A DNA stretch of 20,000 bases. Origin: a bacterium (lineage in GTDB: Bacteria > J088 > JAWLBW01). The DNA lies in assembly GCA_041690355.1 (NCBI GenBank), contig JAWLHK010000022.1, forward strand, positions 59,116 to 79,115. The letters are read 5' to 3'. Shown here piece after piece: positions 14,444 to 20,000 of the stretch. The stretch's first letter is position 1, and every line of letters starts with the position of its first letter. The notes under the pieces were generated by a model. The model did no database searches and was not told where the DNA came from. It saw only the letters and a list, made by a program, of their open reading frames with translations. Made by a program: the position numbers and the translations under genes.

Positions 14444-16909
14444 TCAAACCCGCACGGACGGCGAGTAGAGGTGCTTCTGGAAACCAACGAACGTGTCGCG
14501 GATTTTCTGCACGTCTCCGAGCACGGCGACAGCGTCGGCGACGCCATGGTACTTGAGTTCGAGCAGATGCGGCAGCTTCTCGACGTCGAGCTCGCCCACC
14601 CCCTCCTCCACGTACTGGTTGAGCACGAAGTCCAGGAATTCGGTCTGCGCTTCGGTGCCGCCGCCGTAGACGGACTCGCGACTGTAAAAGACACGATCGG
14701 CGCGGGTAATCGGCGGCCGTTCGTAGGCAATGTACGCCAGCACGTCGTAGAGGTCACTGTGCTGGGCGTCGATGATCCGGCCGAGCTCTTTCAGCTGCTC
14801 CTGACCGAATCCACGTTCCTCAAGGGCTTCGAGCAGCTTGCGGCGGGTGTCCGGGAGACTCCAGAGCCGGCGGAGCTCGTCCTCGTCGTGGAAGAGCACC
14901 GGAAGTTCGCCGTAGAGCCGTTCGATGAACTGCTGCGCCGAAATCGGCCGGCCTGAGGGATCATAGAACGAGGTCGCGACCATGTGCTGGATTGTGCGCT
15001 CCTTGCCGTCGGCCAGTTTGATGACGACTTTCGGGCGTCTGGTCGCCTCGTCCGGATCGGGATAAACGTCATCCGGGTCCGTGACCACCGGCTCCCCCTC
15101 AGGGTCTTTGGGCGGCCGTGGCCGTGGGGGCTCGGGCGCGAAAGGTTCACCGTCCCACTCGGGATCGCTGAAGTGCTCATAGGCCTTGACGAAGTCGTAA
15201 ATCGTGAAGTAGTCCTTCCCATCGTAGAGACGGGTACCCCGGCCGATGATCTGCTTGAATTCGATCATCGAGTTGACGGGCCGCATGAGCACGATGTTCC
15301 GCACATTGCGGGCGTCGACCCCTGTCGATAGCTTCTGCGACGTGGTGAGGACGGTGGGGATGGTCTTTTCGTTGTCCTGGAAGGTTCGGAGATACCGGTC
15401 GCCAAGCGCGCCATCGTTAGCGGTCACGCGCACGCAGTAATCGGGTTCGGTGCTTTTCTTCATCTGGTTGATGAGATCGCGCACCGCCAGGGCGTGCTCC
15501 TGGGTCGCGCAGAATACGAGCGTCTTCTGGCGCTGATCGATGTCACGCATGAAAACCTCGACCCGCTTGCGTTCGCGCTCTGTGATCTCAATGACGCGAT
15601 TGAAATCCGCTTCGCCATAGCGGCGCCCTTCATCAACCTCACCCTCGACCACCTCGTCGTCGGGCGTGTATTCGTACTCGTCGAGCGTGGTCGCGATCTG
15701 CTTGACCTTGAAGGGGGTCAGGTAGCCGTCGTTGACCCCTTCCTTGAGCGAGTAGATGTAGACCGGCTCGCCGAAATAGGAATAGGTGTCGGCGTTCTGG
15801 ACTCGCCTGGGGGTAGCGGTCAGGCCGAGCTGGACGGCGGGCGCGAAATACTCGAGGATCGCCCGCCAGGTGCTTTCGTCGTTGGCGCCGCCGCGGTGGC
15901 ATTCGTCGACGACGATGAAGTCGAAAAAGTCGGGTGGATAGTCGCCGAAGCTCGGCTTCGGCTCCCCCTCGGCGTCCTGCCCGGTCATGAAGGTCTGAAA
16001 AATCGTGAAAAAGACGCTGCCGTTCTTGGGCACCCGCCCTTTCTTGCGGATGACCTCGGGATCGATACGAACCAGGGCGTCATCGGCAAACGCGCTGAAG
16101 GCGTTGAAGGCCTGGTCGGCGAGAATATTGCGGTCGGCGAGAAAGAGGATGCGTGGCCGGCGCGCAGGCTCCTGATCCGGGCGTAGGCCCTTGCGCCAGT
16201 CGGTCAGGTTCCAGCGGCTGTGGTACAGCTTCCATGCGATCTGGAAAGCGATGGCCGTCTTGCCCGTGCCAGTGGCGAGGGTCAGCAGGATCCGATCCTT
16301 ACCCCGCGCGATGGTCTCGAGCACGTTCGTGATGGCGTTATGCTGGTAGTAGCGCGGTTCCCACTGGCCCCCCTTGTCTTCAAAGGGGATGGCTGCGAAG
16401 CGGTTGCGCCAGACGGATACCTGAGGTCCGGAAGCCTCCCCTGTCGTCCGGCCCCAAAAATTGGTGGGCTGTTCGGTGGAGTCCGAATCAACCGTGCCGC
16501 GGGGCGGGATGTAGGTCTCGGCCCCCTCGTAGATTTCGGCCCAGAGTTCATCGGGGGAGGGGTACCGTTCGACATATCCCTCAACCCCCGTGGCCATGTC
16601 GACGCGGTAGATACCGATGCCGTTGGTCGAGAACGCGAAGCGGGTATGCAGCTTGCCGGCGTAGTTCTTGGCCTGCCCCAGCCCTTCGGTATCCTTCGCA
16701 CCCCGGCGCTTGGCCTCGATGACGGCGAGCTTCTGATTGCGGTAGACCAGAACGTAGTCGGCCTTTTCCTGGCTGGCACGGGCGCCGCGGCCCAGCAGCC
16801 GCCCCGGAGCAACCACCTCGCGGCGTATGCGGCTCCCCTCGACGACGCCCCAGCCCACGACGCGCAGGGCGGGGTCGATCAGTTCGGCACGGGTTTCGGC
16901 TTCGTTCAT
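14444..16909 (-). CDS. hsdR: Type I restriction enzyme R subunit, EcoAI/EcoEI-like, 821 aa
   Basis: Start reassigned to MNEAETRAELIDPAL. Nuclease motif ADYVL...AVIEAK, PRYYQ, Walker A LATGTGKT, ILFLADR, DECHRGG, GLTATP, LSTGVD, SMIEFKQIIGRGTR, and an EcoEI-type C-terminus (SDLYDVLAY...FQKHLY). Confidence 0.93.
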   Translation of the reverse strand: MNEAETRAELIDPALRVVGWGVVEGSRIRREVVAPGRLLGRGARASQEKADYVLVYRNQKLAVIEAKRRGAKDTEGLGQAKNYAGKLHTRFAFSTNGIGIYRVDMATGVEGYVERYPSPDELWAEIYEGAETYIPPRGTVDSDSTEQPTNFWGRTTGEASGPQVSVWRNRFAAIPFEDKGGQWEPRYYQHNAITNVLETIARGKDRILLTLATGTGKTAIAFQIAWKLYHSRWNLTDWRKGLRPDQEPARRPRILFLADRNILADQAFNAFSAFADDALVRIDPEVIRKKGRVPKNGSVFFTIFQTFMTGQDAEGEPKPSFGDYPPDFFDFIVVDECHRGGANDESTWRAILEYFAPAVQLGLTATPRRVQNADTYSYFGEPVYIYSLKEGVNDGYLTPFKVKQIATTLDEYEYTPDDEVVEGEVDEGRRYGEADFNRVIEITERERKRVEVFMRDIDQRQKTLVFCATQEHALAVRDLINQMKKSTEPDYCVRVTANDGALGDRYLRTFQDNEKTIPTVLTTSQKLSTGVDARNVRNIVLMRPVNSMIEFKQIIGRGTRLYDGKDYFTIYDFVKAYEHFSDPEWDGEPFAPEPPRPRPPKDPEGEPVVTDPDDVYPDPDEATRRPKVVIKLADGKERTIQHMVATSFYDPSGRPISAQQFIERLYGELPVLFHDEDELRRLWSLPDTRRKLLEALEERGFGQEQLKELGRIIDAQHSDLYDVLAYIAYERPPITRADRVFYSRESVYGGGTEAQTEFLDFVLNQYVEEGVGELDVEKLPHLLELKYHGVADAVAVLGDVQKIRDTFVGFQKHLYSPSVRV

Positions 16910-17051
16910 GGGCAACTCATCGGGTCGGCAGTCCTGTGGACATTGCACAGCCTACCATAGACCCGGATTGGATGCCGCTCATGGAAGGGAAGGCTCGGTA
17001 CGGCGCCTTCAGCGCGCCGGGCCTTTTGAGGGACTGGGACGGGAAATCGAG

Positions 17052-17396
17052 CTAGCGAACGCCCTGCGTGATGGCATTATAGAAGCGTTCGGCGCGTTCT
17101 GCCTCCGCTTCTGTGGGCTTCCAACACTCGTACCGCGTCAGAACGCTATAGTTGTAAAGGCTCTGGAAAGGCCTCATGACCCCGTCGCCGTAGAAGCGCT
17201 TGATTAGCTGGCGCCTGTTCTCATGGCCCTTGGGGTGCTCGTTTCGTTTTGCGAGCGCATCCTCAACGTGGTGAACGGCCGCGTAGAACAGCGCCGTGAT
17301 CTTCCAGTCCCGGTGCTGGTCATCCTGAAGCGCGGCGAGCCGGGAGACGGCGATATTCCGATCCCGTTGGTCGTGGTGTTGTTCCGACGACGGCAT
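17052..17396 (-). CDS. HEPN-like small helical protein, 114 aa
   Basis: All-helical pattern DW.ITALFYAAVH...H..R...LY..S..TRY, resembling the YYA.(F)H ... H ... RY/DY pattern of HEPN (PF05168/UPF0332-like) proteins. TAATG overlap with the upstream gene. Confidence 0.65.
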   Translation of the reverse strand: MPSSEQHHDQRDRNIAVSRLAALQDDQHRDWKITALFYAAVHHVEDALAKRNEHPKGHENRRQLIKRFYGDGVMRPFQSLYNYSVLTRYECWKPTEAEAERAERFYNAITQGVR

Positions 17397-17857
17397 TATC
17401 GCGGCCAGATACGATTATTGCCTGCGAGTTGCGCGTCGCCGGCGACGGATTCGGGGAGATAGAGAAAATCAAAGACACCGGGATGCCTGTCTTCGACGCC
17501 AAGCTGAACGCCGACGAGGCGATCTTCGACTTCGTCACCCAGTTCCTTCAGGACCGTCCAGACGCGAACCTGGCCGCTGTCCTCGAAGACATAAACGCCT
17601 TGAACTTGACGCAGAATACCGGCGGCATCCAGTTCGCGAACAAACTCGCTTAGCGCCTGGCTGATCTCCTGGTTGCGGAGGTCGGCATAGACTTCACGAA
17701 CCAAACGGCGTTCCATTTCATCGATGTAAAGTCTGGAAATGGTCTGGCGGGGCGACTCGTATCCACACGGGGCCATGACATCCTCGATGTCCCACCGGCG
17801 TACGTCGGTGTCGGGGGATGCGACCACGAAACCGTATTTGGGCGCTGCTACCGTCAT
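17396..17857 (-). CDS. Hypothetical protein, 153 aa; C-terminal half resembles a degenerate minimal nucleotidyltransferase (MNT) fold
   Basis: Coupled at both ends (ATGA 17854-17857, TAATG 17394-17398). Helix, VQGVYVF, VRVWTVL, helix, VFDFLYLP follows MNT topology but lacks the GS and DxD catalytic motif. The CDS is well supported; the fold call is inference. Confidence 0.6.
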   Translation of the reverse strand: MTVAAPKYGFVVASPDTDVRRWDIEDVMAPCGYESPRQTISRLYIDEMERRLVREVYADLRNQEISQALSEFVRELDAAGILRQVQGVYVFEDSGQVRVWTVLKELGDEVEDRLVGVQLGVEDRHPGVFDFLYLPESVAGDAQLAGNNRIWPR

Positions 17858-18213
17858 ACTGACCCTTCTGTCCGATTCTGGCCCGCTTCCAGAATATCAA
17901 TCTTTTCGCGAAGCCATCCGACCAGGCGCTTTGCATTGTCGAGGTCCAGAAACAGACCGACTTCGAGAGTTCTGGCCACCCCTTCTTTGCCGTCGCGGGC
18001 CAGCTCTTTTCCCACTTGCCCATCGGCATCAATCTCATGGGTAACACACTGGGGGACGGGGCTGCGCTCCGAGAAAACGCTCACGTGAATGCCCTTGCCA
18101 TTGGGCCGGACACTGCCGATGACGCCGTCGACCTGGACGTCACGGTATGTATTGGATTTGATGTAGTGAAACGTGAGCTGGGTCGGGAATCTGCCGTCAC
18201 GGCTCTCACTCAT
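17854..18213 (-). CDS. Hypothetical protein, 119 aa, beta-rich with a C-terminal helix (possibly DUF3467-like)
   Basis: ATG 18213 preceded by GAGGGA Shine-Dalgarno. Sequence FHYIKSNTYRDVQVDGVIG...IHVSVFSER...RTLEVGLFLDLDNAKRLVGWLREKI is globular-looking; its stop overlaps the next start. Confidence 0.7.
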   Translation of the reverse strand: MSESRDGRFPTQLTFHYIKSNTYRDVQVDGVIGSVRPNGKGIHVSVFSERSPVPQCVTHEIDADGQVGKELARDGKEGVARTLEVGLFLDLDNAKRLVGWLREKIDILEAGQNRTEGSV

Positions 18214-18231
18214 GATGTTCCCTCTACCCTT

Positions 18232-18261
18232 ATGATATTCGGTGCTGACGGCGTGCGTCAA
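18232..18261 (-). promoter_or_regulatory. Putative sigma70 promoter of the three-gene cassette with overlapping inverted repeat
   Basis: On the - strand: TTGACG (18261-18256), 18-bp spacer, TATCAT (18237-18232), then 18 nt including the SD to the ATG at 18213. Palindrome TGACG-N5-CGTCA (18246-18260) overlaps the -35 box. Confidence 0.55.
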
Positions 18262-18366
18262 AGGGGCACGCTGAGCACTTGACGTTACCACAGCGATCAG
18301 CGGGCTGCAACGCGGCCGGCAGCCGAATCCACCCGCTTCCCGGCCGCCATGAGATTCGATTGCCGG

Positions 18367-19080
18367 TCACGGCACGACGTGGCTGTCAGAGGCCCGCGCC
18401 AACACCTCGCCGCCTTGGCTGCTCGTCACTTCGAACGCTGCGTCGATCCGCAGGCCGCTTTCGTAGACGCCGCTGTCGTAGTGGAAGCTATCGTTTGCGA
18501 GCCTTTCACCGGGCAACAGGATATCGGGGCCCGAACTCATCCTCGCCCGCCCGTTCAGGGCAACTTCACTGCGGTAGGCGAGCGCCACGGTTGACTCGCT
18601 GACGATGAACCGCGTGAGGCACGTCCCCCGCGGGACGTCAGGCATCTCATCGCCGCACGTTCTTGCATCGACCGCGGCCGTGACCGACACTGAAATCTCG
18701 GCCGGGGCCTGCAGGGGCGCGTAGCATTGCCCTTCGCTGATACGCGGCCGGGATGCCGCCGGCACCCAGCAGAGCGTGCCGTCGTCGCGGGGCACCTCGA
18801 CGAGCACGTGGTCGATTCGCTGGTCGGCGTATTGCTCATGGTCGGCGCAGGCCCAGCCCAGGTGGCGATAGTTCGTGCCGCCCACCTGGTACGCCGTGTC
18901 AAAGTCGGCATTCGTCCCCGTAACGCAGTTCCGCCAGTCGAGCCGCAATTCGGCCGTGCTCCCCGGCGTCCACAGTGTGCGCGGGTCATCGTCGGATGCG
19001 CCGCAGGAGGCGAGGAGCCCAAACAACGCTAGGCTGACGGCGCGGAGCACTGTGGAAATTGAGTGCGGGGTAACAGTCAT
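18367..19080 (-). CDS. Hypothetical Cys-rich lipoprotein, 237 aa
   Basis: Strong AGGAGG SD 7 nt before the ATG; signal peptide with lipobox LLAS-C26 then GASDDD; six further Cys in the mature part. Confidence 0.7.
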   Translation of the reverse strand: MTVTPHSISTVLRAVSLALFGLLASCGASDDDPRTLWTPGSTAELRLDWRNCVTGTNADFDTAYQVGGTNYRHLGWACADHEQYADQRIDHVLVEVPRDDGTLCWVPAASRPRISEGQCYAPLQAPAEISVSVTAAVDARTCGDEMPDVPRGTCLTRFIVSESTVALAYRSEVALNGRARMSSGPDILLPGERLANDSFHYDSGVYESGLRIDAAFEVTSSQGGEVLARASDSHVVP

Positions 19081-19203
19081 GGCATCACCTCCTGGACAGG
19101 AAGTGGCAGCATACCCGGCGGCGTGGACAAGAGCTGTCCAGCGGCAGCAGACACGGGGGGCCGATGGGGACGACGTGCGCCGGTGGACATGTGAAAAAGC
19201 AGG

Positions 19204-20000
19204 CTAGGCCCCTGCTTCTTGCAGCAGCCGGTCAGCGGCTTTCTTGTCTGCGGTCAGTTCGCCGGTGAAGGCTTTGTGGAGGAGGGATTGCTTTAAACAC
19301 AGGAGGTTTCTCCTCTTTTCTTCGTAGACTCCCCTAAGTGTCTTTGCGGCATCTAGACTGTTGCGAAGGGTATTGCAAATCGAAGTCTGCCTGCCAAGGT
19401 CTGGTACGAAAACATCAAAGGACGCCAGATCGGATGCCCCCAAGTTAGGTTGTGCCGTGCCTCCCGCAAAAGTCTCAATCATTCGCGAGCACAGTTGGGA
19501 TTGAAAGTAGAACTCCAGATAGTCAGAGGAGATTAAGTCCAGTTTTGGTCTTACGATCACAAGTGAGGAGGCTATAGCCCCTTGTCCCACGTCATCCGTG
19601 ACTTTCGCAAATTTCCCCAGTGAACCACGAAGACAAAAAAGGAAATCCCCAGGCGAAAATTTACCACCACGCAAAGTGGCGTACCGCTCTTGAGAAATGA
19701 AGTTGAGTTGCCCAGGGCCGATTCTGGCATCGGATAAGTGGCCAGCATTTACAAATGGGACGCCTTCAGTTACGAAAGCCTCTTTAGATGGATAGTTTTT
19801 GCCTCTATCACCATTCTCAAAAGTGCAGACCTCCCTCAGACGAGATAGGGTGCCTGAACCGGATGATTGCGGGAAATGCCTGTCAATCAAGCTCGAAGCT
19901 AGCTCTATGCAATTCTCGAGTATCTTTTCGGCGAGGGCGGTCGCCGTTGCGATGGCCGCGAACGCTTCGTCGAGAATGGCCACGATGCGCCGCTGCTCGG
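19204..20000 (-). CDS. hsdS: Type I restriction-modification specificity subunit, C-terminal half; 5' end outside the window
   Basis: Frame is open to the window edge, reading EQRRIVAILDEAF (conserved HsdS central repeat). Then a TRD (L.EVC....G, GVPFV, GDFLFCLRGSLGK, GTAQPNL) and the C-terminal LKQSLLHKAFTGEL. Confidence 0.93.
   Translation of the reverse strand, partial: EQRRIVAILDEAFAAIATATALAEKILENCIELASSLIDRHFPQSSGSGTLSRLREVCTFENGDRGKNYPSKEAFVTEGVPFVNAGHLSDARIGPGQLNFISQERYATLRGGKFSPGDFLFCLRGSLGKFAKVTDDVGQGAIASSLVIVRPKLDLISSDYLEFYFQSQLCSRMIETFAGGTAQPNLGASDLASFDVFVPDLGRQTSICNTLRNSLDAAKTLRGVYEEKRRNLLCLKQSLLHKAFTGELTADKKAADRLLQEAGA

Noticed and set aside
13475-14956. 493-aa + strand ORF, and other antisense ORFs over hsdR, argH and GH15
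   Set aside because: Shadow ORFs opposite well-supported genes.
16910-16948. Longer hsdR start (MQCPQDC...) and a nearby possible extended -10 TGGTAGGCT at 16949-16957
   Set aside because: The family-typical start is MNEAETR at 16909. The promoter-like motif lacks a -35 and is too weak to call.
1-20000. CRISPR array, tRNA/rRNA, integrase/transposase, lysine riboswitch
   Set aside because: No regularly spaced repeats, RNA gene signatures or recombinase motifs were seen. The intergenic gaps before argH, lysA and dapA are too short for a lysine riboswitch.

Overview
GC-rich bacterial DNA (about 65-70% GC by eye), with gene order reminiscent of Deltaproteobacteria/Desulfobacterota. Positions 1-13.4 kb are core genes: a partial MarR regulator, a membrane protein coupled to a GH15 hydrolase, hemL, an ankyrin protein, and a + strand operon of argH, an FN3 lipoprotein, a single 701-aa LysA-DapF fusion, dapA, dapB, an FAH-family gene and a DapC-type aminotransferase. 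Positions 13.4-20 kb are all on the - strand: an MDR oxidoreductase and an EcoAI/EcoEI-like type I restriction-modification locus (hsdS partial, hsdR complete). Between hsdS and hsdR lie a Cys-rich lipoprotein and a coupled three-gene cassette (small beta-rich protein, degenerate MNT-like protein, HEPN-like protein) with its own putative promoter and operator palindrome. This cassette is the best candidate for an undescribed defence or toxin-antitoxin system. Other highlights are the LysA-DapF fusion, which retains a GTGA overlap motif at its junction, and a sharply low-GC second target recognition domain in hsdS. All family calls come from reading motifs by eye, not from database searches.
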